Assembly (NCBI GenBank): GCA_041688145.1
Contig: JBDNIV010000019.1
Location: 1-17,786 of the forward strand
Origin: Chlamydiia bacterium
GTDB taxonomy: Bacteria > Chlamydiota > Chlamydiia > Chlamydiales > JAAKFQ01
Length of the DNA: 17,786 bases
Reading direction: 5' to 3'
Positions within the stretch are counted from its first letter, which is position 1, and each line of letters opens with the position of its first letter. The position numbers were made by a program, and so were the translations under genes. The notes under the pieces are model-generated. The model was not told the origin of the DNA and made no database searches. It saw only the letters and a program-made list of their open reading frames with translations. Shown here piece by piece: positions 1 through 8,405 of the stretch.

Positions 1-635
1 CGGGATGCATGCGTTCAGGACAACAAGTTTGGGCAGATGCCAAAGTAGCTACTAAAGAAATTGGGCGTGGCTTCCGCTCTTTTTGGGGCGCATCTGAAAA
101 GAAAAAAACAGGTCAGTATGCTGCTCGAGAAGATTTTTTCTCTGTTATCGATGAAGAATACACCGCTATTGATGAATCCGACCTCTCTAATGCCAGTCAG
201 ATACAAGAAATTCCTCAGCCTGCTGTGTCACCTGGAGAAAAAGGCGGATCTATCCCTGGCATTGATAGCTTCAGCTCCCCTCAAGGCAGTTTAGTCGGGA
301 TTTTTCAAAGAGTTCATTTCTCCTATGATAGCAATCGCATTACAGGAGACCAGACTCAAAGTGTTTTAAATCGGATGGCTTCTCACTTAAAATCAAATCC
401 ACACACCTACATTTTTGTCGAAGGTCACTGTGACCAAAGAGGTACAGGTGAATATAACTTAGCTCTTGGTACACGTAGGGCTAATTCTGTGCGCGCTTAC
501 CTCGTAAAAGAAGGGGTAAATCCAGACCAGGTTTTTACAATCTCAATGGGTAAAGAAAGACCTCTTAAGCTAGGTGACAATGAAGCTGCTTGGAGAGAAA
601 ATAGACGCTCAGAGTTTAAAATCTACACTCGGTAG
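1..635 (+). CDS. pal: Peptidoglycan-associated lipoprotein Pal (OmpA C-terminal domain); 5' end lies before the window
   Basis: C-terminal OmpA-like motifs VHFSYDS, VEGHCDQRGTGEYNLALGTRRANSVRAYL, TISMGKERP and AWRENRRSEF. The frame is open before the ATG at 9: codons GGA-TGC (Gly-Cys, 3-8) look like the end of a lipobox, so the true start and signal peptide are upstream of the window. Confidence 0.92.
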   Translation, partial: GCMRSGQQVWADAKVATKEIGRGFRSFWGASEKKKTGQYAAREDFFSVIDEEYTAIDESDLSNASQIQEIPQPAVSPGEKGGSIPGIDSFSSPQGSLVGIFQRVHFSYDSNRITGDQTQSVLNRMASHLKSNPHTYIFVEGHCDQRGTGEYNLALGTRRANSVRAYLVKEGVNPDQVFTISMGKERPLKLGDNEAAWRENRRSEFKIYTR

Positions 636-638
636 GCT

Positions 639-1292
639 ATGCGTTTTTTTTCTACAGCTCTATTACTCACGCTTTGCGCAGGGTGCTCATCAAATATGCA
701 AAAGCACGAAGCACTTGCATCACGAGCCATGCTTGCAGAAGTTGAACTTGATGTAGACACTCTCAAAAGCGACTCTAAAATATTAAAAAGCGCATCTCAC
801 AGCATTGATCAAAAACTCAGTGCTGTGGAAACAAACCTCTACTCTTTGCAAAAACATCTAGACCGGAGCAAATCCGCTTTGGAGCTTGCTGAAAAGGCTG
901 AGGCCCGCGCCTCTCTTTTAGAAGATAAAACACGCGACTACGAAGAAGAGATTCACCAGCTTAAAAAAGACATCCATAGTGCAGTAGCTCTTGTTGAACA
1001 CTACAAAAAATCATTGGACACCTTTGAGAAAAAGCAGAAAAAAATGTGCTATGACTTATCCAAAGTGGATGAAGTCAAATCAAAAGTAGAGGCGTTGCAC
1101 TTGAACTTAGCAAAAGATCAAAGCAGCCCTGATATGACTGTGCACACCGTACGTGCGAGTGACTCCTTAGAGTATATTGCACGCAAATATGGAGTCTCTA
1201 AAAGAGCGCTTGAAAAAATCAATGGCATAAGTGATGAAAGCACGCTTAAGCCTGGAACAAAGCTCAAAGTTCCAAACCCTAAATTTCAATAG
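639..1292 (+). CDS. LysM-domain lipoprotein with a coiled-coil middle region
   Basis: Signal peptide with lipobox (MRFFSTALLLTLCAG-C), heptad-rich K/E/L central region, and C-terminal LysM domain (HTVRASDSLEYIARKYGVS...INGI...LKPGTKLKVP). Starts 3 nt after the pal stop, so probably co-transcribed. Confidence 0.88.
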   Translation: MRFFSTALLLTLCAGCSSNMQKHEALASRAMLAEVELDVDTLKSDSKILKSASHSIDQKLSAVETNLYSLQKHLDRSKSALELAEKAEARASLLEDKTRDYEEEIHQLKKDIHSAVALVEHYKKSLDTFEKKQKKMCYDLSKVDEVKSKVEALHLNLAKDQSSPDMTVHTVRASDSLEYIARKYGVSKRALEKINGISDESTLKPGTKLKVPNPKFQ

Positions 1293-1318
1293 ATAGTTTT
1301 TATTAGGAAAAGAATTTC

Positions 1319-2014
1319 TTAATCTTCTTCCTTAAACCGGTAACCTATACCGCGCACTGTCTCTATCCAATCAAAACTAGGCCCTAGCTTCTTACGCAAA
1401 GAGGCGACATGGACATCTATATTCCGATCGACAATAAACGCGTTTTCATTTTGCACATCGTCTAAAAGCTGGTTACGGGTAAGCACACGGCCTTGATTAG
1501 ATATGAGGCGGTGTAAAATACTGAACTCTGAAAGTGTTAATGCAATAGCATGCCCTGCGCGCTTTAATTGATACTTAGTCGCATCCATTTCAAAATTACC
1601 AAACTTAAAAAGAGCTTCTTTTTTCGTGGATGGCTCTTCTTGCCTACGCATAACAGCTTTCGCTCTAGAAAATAAGATCTTAGGAGAAAAAGGCTTCGTG
1701 ACATAGTCATCTGCTCCTAACTCAAGACCTAGCACAATATCAATCTCATCACCTTTTGCAGAAAGAATAATAACTGGAATCTCTTTCAACTCAGGATCGC
1801 TTTTAATCTTACGGCAGACATCAAACCCATTTTTTCCAGGAAGCATAATATCTAAAAGCACAAGATCTGGTTTTTCCCGCTTAACAGCTAAAAATCCATT
1901 GAGGCCATCGACCTCTACATCAAGCTTATATCCGTGTATTTCAGCTTGAAGCTTTATCAATGAAGCTATGTCTTCTTCATCTTCTATTAATATAATGCGT
2001 TTTTTTGATGCCAT
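1319..2014 (-). CDS. OmpR/PhoB-family DNA-binding response regulator
   Basis: Receiver domain (ILIEDE, PDLVLLDIMLPG with phospho-acceptor Asp, LSAK, GADDYVTKPF) plus winged-helix domain (LTLSEFSIL, VLTRNQLL, DRNIDVHVASLRKKL, IETVRGIGYRF). Confidence 0.95.
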   Translation of the reverse strand: MASKKRIILIEDEEDIASLIKLQAEIHGYKLDVEVDGLNGFLAVKREKPDLVLLDIMLPGKNGFDVCRKIKSDPELKEIPVIILSAKGDEIDIVLGLELGADDYVTKPFSPKILFSRAKAVMRRQEEPSTKKEALFKFGNFEMDATKYQLKRAGHAIALTLSEFSILHRLISNQGRVLTRNQLLDDVQNENAFIVDRNIDVHVASLRKKLGPSFDWIETVRGIGYRFKEED

Positions 2015-2221
2015 AATGAAAATAACCCTTTTCTAAGACTTAGCCTCATTCTTTATTAGTGAAGTTTTTTTTTCAACTCTAGCTTATTGAAACTATCCCT
2101 CTAAAAAAATAAGCTCCTCCTCAAACCTAATTTATGCTTTTTTTTTAAATGGCTTTGGACAAAAATCCTAAATAGAGTTAAGAACAAGTTTTCGGAACCC
2201 TAAAACATGAGAGAGCTCACC

Positions 2222-2482
2222 ATGGCAAAAAAAACAAATAGCAAATTTATGGCCCCTTTAAAGCCAAGCGAAGCGCTTGCAGCTGTTATCGGGGGAACAA
2301 AGGCTGTACCACGTACAGAAGTAGTAAAACTGCTTTGGATATACATCAAAAAGCATGATCTCCAAGATCCTAAAAACAAGCGCGACATTATTCCTGATGA
2401 AAAGCTTGCTAAAGTATTTGGCTCAAAGAAAACAATCAATATGTTTAAAATGAGCGGCCTTATCAGCAAACACCTATCTTAA
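2222..2482 (+). CDS. Stand-alone SWIB/MDM2-domain protein (CT460-like)
   Basis: FMAPLKPSEALAAVIG...PRTEVVKLLWIYIKKHDLQDPKNKRDIIPDEKLAKVFG...INMFKMSGLISKHL is a typical SWIB domain. ATG 2222 is preferred to 2207 because GAGAG lies just upstream and the resulting N-terminus resembles recalled chlamydial homologues. Confidence 0.93.
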   Translation: MAKKTNSKFMAPLKPSEALAAVIGGTKAVPRTEVVKLLWIYIKKHDLQDPKNKRDIIPDEKLAKVFGSKKTINMFKMSGLISKHLS

Positions 2483-2535
2483 GGTTTATTGCTCAGTGCA
2501 TTGAATAAGACTTTAAACCTCTTTTTCAAAATTAT

Positions 2536-2586
2536 AAGAGCCCAGCGGCCGACTGAAGTTTTCATGAGGCTCTGGGTTTTTTATTT
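2536..2586 (+). terminator. Probable intrinsic terminator after the SWIB gene
   Basis: Imperfect GC-rich stem CCCAG-c-GGCC...TGAA-gtt-TTCA...GGCT-CTGGG followed by TTTTTTATTT. Confidence 0.6.
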
Positions 2587-2603
2587 ATCTGACTTAAGGT
2601 CCA

Positions 2604-2612
2604 TGCTAAAGT
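2604..2612 (+). promoter_or_regulatory. Possible extended -10 element (TGcTAAAGT) for the TPR-TPR-VWA-rsmD cluster
   Basis: TGn plus TAnnnT about 65 nt upstream of ATG 2677; no convincing -35. Confidence 0.3.
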
Positions 2613-2676
2613 TTGCGTTTATTATGATCCCTAGCCTATCTTGAGGGGGCAAACGGGAGTCTAAAACCGGTATTTT

Positions 2677-3753
2677 ATGTCAGCGCCTTTTCCACCTTAT
2701 TCACCTGAAAACTTTTCTGAGAGCACTTTAGATAGTGAGTATATCTCTGTGCACGCCTATGATCAGACGCTTGCGCATTTAACGTGTCAGACAAAAAGCG
2801 CCTTTAAAAAAGCTATAAGCGCTTTTGATATGTGGTTAGGCCTGCTTTTACTTTGCGTAAGCGTTGAACTTGTCTGCGCACTTAGCTTTGCTACAAGCCC
2901 TTTTCTACTTGGAATAAGCCTCTCTCTACTCTTTATTTCTCTTTTTGGTTTTTTTATTTTTATGCGCTTTTTAGAAGAGAAAAAACAGGTCCGCGCACGC
3001 GACGTTCTAAACGCTTTTTTAAAAGAGATGAGCTCAACCTTCTCAACTTTAGAAAGCAAAAAACAAGCAAGCCTAATTACTAGCTACGCTCTTATAGATT
3101 TAGCGGCTGAATTAGAGGGGATGGAAAAAGATTTTTTCTCTGAGACGCCTGTAATAAAATCACTTGGACCTTCTCCAGAAAAATGGAGCACCTATCTCCA
3201 TTTTCGCGATGTTTTGATGATGCAGATGTGGCTTTTAGAAGAGGCTGCTTTGAGTTTGATTGAACTCATAAAAAAAGAGCCCTTAAGTGCTGAGTACCAT
3301 AAAAGACTTGCTGAAGTGCATTTAAGACGCGCTCATCTTTTCCAAAACTCTTTAGGCCTCGCTAATGATGAATCTAATAAAAGTGCACGCACGCACCTTA
3401 ACGCAAATGAACGGGAATCTATTAGCGCACAGTACACTGCGAGCCTAAATGAAGCTGTAGAGGAGCTTTTAATTGTTGTTGAACAGGAACCTGGGTCTCT
3501 CTGGGTGCATAAGCAGCTCTTAGAATGCTATGGCGCTTTAGAGATGGAAGAGGCTCAGATGGAAAAGGCTGACACTCTTTTTCAGCTAGCCCATAATAGC
3601 TCTAAGGTGCTTTTAATGTTGGGGATCATGTATTTTGAAAAAAGCCGTTATGCAAAAGGCCTTGAAATCTATGCTAAGCTCCAATCTATTGACCCTAAAG
3701 CTGCCCTTGAACTTATTGAAGCGTATACTCTACCTCAGACTAAGACCCTCTAG
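2677..3753 (+). CDS. Membrane protein with N-terminal two-helix hydrophobic segment and C-terminal TPR-like repeats (chlamydial CT484-like)
   Basis: Hydrophobic stretch at about aa 50-97. C-terminal motifs EPLSAEYHKRLA, EPGSLWVHKQLLECY and LGIMYFEKSRYAKGLEIY resemble the conserved chlamydial CT484/CPn0602 family as recalled. Confidence 0.75.
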   Translation: MSAPFPPYSPENFSESTLDSEYISVHAYDQTLAHLTCQTKSAFKKAISAFDMWLGLLLLCVSVELVCALSFATSPFLLGISLSLLFISLFGFFIFMRFLEEKKQVRARDVLNAFLKEMSSTFSTLESKKQASLITSYALIDLAAELEGMEKDFFSETPVIKSLGPSPEKWSTYLHFRDVLMMQMWLLEEAALSLIELIKKEPLSAEYHKRLAEVHLRRAHLFQNSLGLANDESNKSARTHLNANERESISAQYTASLNEAVEELLIVVEQEPGSLWVHKQLLECYGALEMEEAQMEKADTLFQLAHNSSKVLLMLGIMYFEKSRYAKGLEIYAKLQSIDPKAALELIEAYTLPQTKTL

Positions 3754-6469
3754 CGTTTTTCTTATTGCTGCCTTTTTTTTTCAAAGCGCGTTTGCGCGCT
3801 CTAATGAAGAGCAGATGCTGAGCCGTATTACAGCTCTTTGGAAAGATAAGCAAACGCACCTTGTAAAAGCGCAAGCGCAGTCCTTTTTCGAAAGTTATCC
3901 CAATAGCACCCAAGCGCACCTTGTGCAAATGGCTTTAGCTTATGCCTATCGAGAAGAAGGCAACTTTAAGCTTGCAAAAGAGGCTCTTATAGCTATTGGG
4001 GAGCCCCATCAAAATGAAGAAACCAATCTTTTGCTCATCGACTGCCTCTATCAGCTCAAAGATTATGATGAGGTAATCTTAGCGTGCCGCTCTTCTCTAG
4101 AAAAAAGCCCTAAAGAAAAAAAACTGCTCTATGGCTATTTAGGTTTAAGTCTCTTGCAAAAAAGCAAACAATCAGCAAAAACAAGTACTGACTTGGACGT
4201 TTCAGAGCTAAGAGCTGCCTTGCACGCTTTAGATGAGAGTTCATCTTCTAACTTAAGCCAAACTATTAGCCGTAGTAAAGTCGAGATTCTACGCCTTTTA
4301 AAAGAGCATAAAAAAGCATGCGCACTTGCTCGTGAACTCTCAGTGTCTGATCCAGAAAATAGCGACTCTTTACTTTTCATTGCAGCTTTAGAGTCTGCTC
4401 ATTTTGATACCCACCTGAGCTTGGAGTTATTTGAAAAAATTTCACACGACAATAACAAGCTTGCCCCTTTAGCTGCTTACAACTGGATGGTAGGACTTGT
4501 GCGTGAAAAGCGCTTTAAAGACTTTATCGATAAACGCGCAGCTATCAAAAAAAATCTAAGCAAAAAAAATATACCTCTTTTTACTTTCTACCTAGCTGAG
4601 GCTTCATTTCATATTCAAGACTTTTCGAAAGCACTTCGTCTTTTAGAAGAAGTCACTGATAAACTAGAAGACCCTATGAAAAAGCGCTCTCTTGTCTTAA
4701 TGGCTTTTTGTGCTGATAAAACAAATAACGCACGTATTTTAAAAAAAATAGCCCACCAGCTTATAGCCTCTTATCCCACAGATGAGTCTACTCTTGATGT
4801 GGTTATACTCCATGCAAGGCAGTGTCAGAAAGAGGGCCTTTTTGAAGAAGCCAAAAGTGCTTTAGATAATGCGCTTCAAAAAAAGAGTCCTTTGCAAAAA
4901 AGGGCCTCGCTTGAGCTTTTCAGCTTATGTCTTGAGTACCAAATGGACCATTTTGGTGAAGTGCTGCATAAAGGCCTTAAGTTTTTTGACCCAAAAGCGC
5001 ACGATGCATCTGATGCCAAAGCATTTTTAGAGCTCATGGCCTCAGCCGCTCTGAAACTACGCAGCCGCGCAGCCTTAGATAATCTTGATGCTTTATTAGA
5101 AAAAGCGCAGGCATCTTCAGTCAAGCTTCCAATCACTTTTAGCTTAGGATACGTTGAGCTTCTCCTGGAAAATAGAAACCCTATTAAAGCGTGCACTTTT
5201 TTAGAAAAAGAGATTCAAAACCGGGAAGCTTACTCTCAGTCTGATATATCTGAGCTTTATGAAGCGCTTGGCAAAACATATTCTTTAGAGAATGATCCCC
5301 AAAAGCGATCTCATTTCTTAGAGCTTGCTCTTAAAGAAAGTGGCCATAAAAACTCTGAAAAAAAACTCCCTATCTATCTAGATTTATTTAACGCTTACCG
5401 AAAGCTTTATATCTCTGCTAAAAGCCTTGATGAATGGCACGAAAAAGCAGGCAAGCCCCCTTTAGAACTCGCAGCAAACATTCTTTTTGGCGCTTTTCAA
5501 ATAGACTCCCAGAGGCTAAGTACACAAAACAAGCAGTGGTTAGCTGAACTGTATTTTGAAGAGGTCGAAAAAGCATTTAAAACCCATTTTAAAGCTCCTC
5601 TTCCTGAAACTGCATTTATGCGCAGCTATGACCTGTACAAAGAGCTTATTAAAGAGACCTCTTGCGAGGAAAGTATTCTCGCGAAAAATCTCATGCATCT
5701 AGCAAAGCTTATCATGTTCCATAACAAAAGATCTTCTGCACTTTCCAGCTCAAGTTCAGCTGTAAATACCTCTGCTACTGAGGCTCTTATCTTTTTAAAA
5801 GAAGCTATTAGGCTGATAGAAAATAGCGATACACCCAAAGCGCCTCTAATACAAAGCAGCATTTTAGTAGATATGGGACAATGTTTTGAGCAAGACCTCT
5901 CTTATGCTGAAGCAAAAAAATCGTACTCCCAAGCAATTGAAATTGCAAAGCTTTCTAAACCAGCAGATCTTGCTCGACTATACCTATGCCGTTTAAAACT
6001 GAAAGAGGGCACCTCAAACCTCAATGAGGTAATCGCGACCCTAAAAGATCTGCAGTTAAAAAAGAGTCTAGATCACGAACCCCTCTTTTTAGAAGCTGCT
6101 ATCGATTATATTGACGCCTCTTGCTTAGGTTTAGAACCGAGTGTACGCGACGAGAAAAAGCTTTTTTTATTAGAAAGAATGGAAGAAGACTTTTGGAATG
6201 ATGTGGGAGCTGTCCATGCACACTATCATAAAAAGCGCCAAGAGCTTCCAGATCAAGACAAAATCTTTTTAGCCTATATGCAGTATGTCGAGCTGCACTT
6301 ACAATTTCTAAAAGCAAAAAAGCTCGAAAAAAATACTGACTCTTTAGAGGCTCTAAGAAATGTTAAACTGGAAGTTACAAAAAGCATAGTGCAACTCACA
6401 TCACACACAGAATATCTCGAAATTAAAACGCACCTTTTGCTCGGCCTAATTGACGATATAATTCATTGA
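3716..6469 (+). CDS. Large exported TPR/alpha-solenoid protein (~917 aa)
   Basis: Repeated TPR-like helix pairs (ALAYAYREEGNFKLAKEAL, LIDCLYQLKDYDEVI, FYLAEASFHIQDFSKAL, MGQCFEQDLSYAEAKKSYSQAI). Start is uncertain. The in-frame TTG at 3716 gives a clean signal peptide MKRILYLRLRPSSVFLIAAFFFQSAFA|R and cuts the overlap with the upstream gene from 119 to 38 nt. Confidence 0.78.
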   Translation: MKRILYLRLRPSSVFLIAAFFFQSAFARSNEEQMLSRITALWKDKQTHLVKAQAQSFFESYPNSTQAHLVQMALAYAYREEGNFKLAKEALIAIGEPHQNEETNLLLIDCLYQLKDYDEVILACRSSLEKSPKEKKLLYGYLGLSLLQKSKQSAKTSTDLDVSELRAALHALDESSSSNLSQTISRSKVEILRLLKEHKKACALARELSVSDPENSDSLLFIAALESAHFDTHLSLELFEKISHDNNKLAPLAAYNWMVGLVREKRFKDFIDKRAAIKKNLSKKNIPLFTFYLAEASFHIQDFSKALRLLEEVTDKLEDPMKKRSLVLMAFCADKTNNARILKKIAHQLIASYPTDESTLDVVILHARQCQKEGLFEEAKSALDNALQKKSPLQKRASLELFSLCLEYQMDHFGEVLHKGLKFFDPKAHDASDAKAFLELMASAALKLRSRAALDNLDALLEKAQASSVKLPITFSLGYVELLLENRNPIKACTFLEKEIQNREAYSQSDISELYEALGKTYSLENDPQKRSHFLELALKESGHKNSEKKLPIYLDLFNAYRKLYISAKSLDEWHEKAGKPPLELAANILFGAFQIDSQRLSTQNKQWLAELYFEEVEKAFKTHFKAPLPETAFMRSYDLYKELIKETSCEESILAKNLMHLAKLIMFHNKRSSALSSSSSAVNTSATEALIFLKEAIRLIENSDTPKAPLIQSSILVDMGQCFEQDLSYAEAKKSYSQAIEIAKLSKPADLARLYLCRLKLKEGTSNLNEVIATLKDLQLKKSLDHEPLFLEAAIDYIDASCLGLEPSVRDEKKLFLLERMEEDFWNDVGAVHAHYHKKRQELPDQDKIFLAYMQYVELHLQFLKAKKLEKNTDSLEALRNVKLEVTKSIVQLTSHTEYLEIKTHLLLGLIDDIIH

Positions 6470-6472
6470 CTT

Positions 6473-6497
6473 ATGTGAGTGTATAATACGCTCACAT
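6473..6497. repeat. Inverted repeat ATGTGAGTGTA-taa-TACGCTCACAT overlapping a TATAAT hexamer
   Basis: 11-bp arms with one mismatch (G-U pair if RNA) in the 43-nt gap between the TPR and VWA genes. TATAAT is at 6482-6487. Confidence 0.7.
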
Positions 6498-6512
6498 CAC
6501 GAAAAATAACTC

Positions 6513-8405
6513 TTGTGTTACGCTCATACTGATTATAAAAGTGAACCTTATGAGGCTCTTTTGAGCGACGGCCCTTTTTCTGTTCCCAAAAAAAAGATCT
6601 GCACTTTCTTTGCGATCTCTTTAACCGTGCACGCTGCCTGCCTATTTAGTTGTGTTCACATGACTTTATTTTCTTCAAAGGCAGCTTTAGCTGAAAAAAA
6701 AATACCTTCGCCTTCTTTGTTTGAGCCAATACCTGCAGCAAAAGAGCGCGCTTTGCATAAAACGCTCAATAGATTTTTTCCTTTCTTACAAGCTTATGGA
6801 AATAAAGGGGATCGTGAGTCTAATAAAAAAGAACCGAGTGCTATTTCTCTGCCTGAAGAAAAAAGAGAAGGCTCTTCAATGGGGCAAGACCCTATGCACC
6901 TGATCAATCTAAATGCCTCAGGTCCTGAAATCTTAGCTCTTTCTTCTGGAGACTCTGATCAAAGCTTAGAAGATATGCAAACTCCAGCGAACTTCCCTTT
7001 TGATGCGGCGCTTACTCTAGAACCTGCAGACATCACCAAACGCCTTATATCTTCTGCAGAAAAAGCTCTGGGTGATGATGGCTTTGATGAAAAAACGCCT
7101 GGTATTGATATTGTCTCTTCAGTGCTTCTCCTTGCTGAGGAAAATGCCGTAACTAACCCTTTTGATCTTGAGTCTAAGCTTTTTGATCGTGCAGACCATA
7201 TTGCAAGTGGAGGTCTAAAGGCCTCTTTATTTGAAAAACCCACAGAAAAATTCATCGCTGCAGATTCAGAGATTCTTCCCCCTATAGAAGAGCCTCCGGA
7301 GCTTTTTGAAAATACAGCTACAGATGCGCCTCACATTCACATCGATAGCCATACGCTTAATGAAGTAGAGAGTCACTGCGGTGATGAAGGCCTTGTCCCT
7401 AACGAGCACTTCCGCTGCACATCGAGCTGTTTTCAGCTAAAAGACTCTTCTCTTTATGCCTTTGCTATTGAGCTTTCACCCACAGAGATGGCCTCTTTTG
7501 AAAGCCTACCTCAAGAAGTCTATTTCCTAATTGACCGTTCACACTCTATAGAAAAAAGGCAATTTGATCTCTTTAAACGAGCCATCTCCCATACGCTAGG
7601 CCTGCTCCCTAAAAAAAGCCATTTCAATCTCTGCGTCTTTGATAACCGGGTTACTTCCTTAGATGAAGACAAGCTATCAGCAACACGTCGGCACTTAGTT
7701 CGAGCTAAAACGTTTCTTATCGGCCAAGATCACGGCGGAATTTTTGCTTCTACAGACGTTTTTAAAGCTATTGACTGGGCTGTTAATAAAAGTCCAAAAA
7801 ACGCCTTGTGTACAGCAATTTTACTTACTGATGGCGATACTTTCCTATCTCCTTCTGAGCAAATGGACCGCCTTTATGACTTTACAAAAGCGCGGCCAAA
7901 AAACTTTTCTCTTTTTACAATTGCCTCAGGCTGTAAGAATAACTTAGGACTTATGAAGTCCCTTGCTGAGCTGAGTCTTGGCCACCTTGTGTATGAACCA
8001 AAGCTACCCGAGTTTGAACGCACCTTTGCAAGTTTTGTAAAATCAATAGCTCGTCCTATTGCTCAAGACATTACCTTAGCTACCATAAGTGGCAACAGCA
8101 GCCAGAAGATCACATGGTTTACACCTCCATCTAGACTGCCTATTTTATATGCTAAAAAGTCCTACACGCTTTACGGCTATACAAATGAACCTGTCGATTT
8201 CACTCTTTTTATTCATGCTAAAGGCGCTAAAGGGCCCATAACCATTAAGAAAAACATTCAGATTAAACCTTCGCACTCAGCTCAGGACTCTATTTTACAA
8301 GAAGTAGAGCTACAAGAAGCCCTTCAAAAAATGGAAAATGCCTTTGGCAAAAGAAGAGCGCCTTTGCACGAAATCAAAATCCCTGTCCCCAAACAGACTC
8401 CATGA
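6513..8405 (+). CDS. Membrane-anchored von Willebrand factor A (VWA) domain protein
   Basis: N-terminal KKK plus TM helix (ICTFFAISLTVHAACLFSCVHMTLF), acidic Pro/Glu-rich linker, then a VWA domain with MIDAS DRSHS (7533-7547), FNLCVFD, GGIFAST and ILLTDGD. TTG start is uncertain. Confidence 0.85.
   Translation: MCYAHTDYKSEPYEALLSDGPFSVPKKKICTFFAISLTVHAACLFSCVHMTLFSSKAALAEKKIPSPSLFEPIPAAKERALHKTLNRFFPFLQAYGNKGDRESNKKEPSAISLPEEKREGSSMGQDPMHLINLNASGPEILALSSGDSDQSLEDMQTPANFPFDAALTLEPADITKRLISSAEKALGDDGFDEKTPGIDIVSSVLLLAEENAVTNPFDLESKLFDRADHIASGGLKASLFEKPTEKFIAADSEILPPIEEPPELFENTATDAPHIHIDSHTLNEVESHCGDEGLVPNEHFRCTSSCFQLKDSSLYAFAIELSPTEMASFESLPQEVYFLIDRSHSIEKRQFDLFKRAISHTLGLLPKKSHFNLCVFDNRVTSLDEDKLSATRRHLVRAKTFLIGQDHGGIFASTDVFKAIDWAVNKSPKNALCTAILLTDGDTFLSPSEQMDRLYDFTKARPKNFSLFTIASGCKNNLGLMKSLAELSLGHLVYEPKLPEFERTFASFVKSIARPIAQDITLATISGNSSQKITWFTPPSRLPILYAKKSYTLYGYTNEPVDFTLFIHAKGAKGPITIKKNIQIKPSHSAQDSILQEVELQEALQKMENAFGKRRAPLHEIKIPVPKQTP

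Noticed and set aside
1319..2014. Naming the regulator chxR or phoB
   Set aside because: It keeps the canonical phospho-Asp, unlike ChxR, and no phoR/pst context is present, so the subfamily cannot be assigned.
2064..2146. Poly-T and poly-A tracts in the divergent promoter as phase-variation sites
   Set aside because: Homopolymer A/T runs are common throughout this AT-rich window, so there is no specific support.
2200..2469. 89-aa antisense ORF over the SWIB gene, and the other short antisense or alternate-frame ORFs in the track
   Set aside because: They shadow well-supported genes and show no recognisable motifs or translation signals.
2541..2576. CTGA-containing stem as a hammerhead ribozyme, SRP RNA or riboswitch
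   Set aside because: Lacks the CUGAnGA...GAAA core and the SRP loop motif; the downstream T-tract favours a terminator.
3635..3715. ORF-track N-terminal extension of the large TPR gene (119-nt overlap)
   Set aside because: Lies inside the conserved 3' end of the upstream gene; a later TTG (3716) gives a normal signal peptide.
6466..6487. TTGACT and TATAAT as a -35/-10 pair
   Set aside because: Spacer is only 10 nt, incompatible with a sigma70-type promoter.
6474..6496. TGTGA...TCACA as a CRP site or lac operator (vector contamination)
   Set aside because: Spacer is 13 nt rather than the 6 nt of CRP sites, the sequence does not match lacO, and the flanks are native genes.
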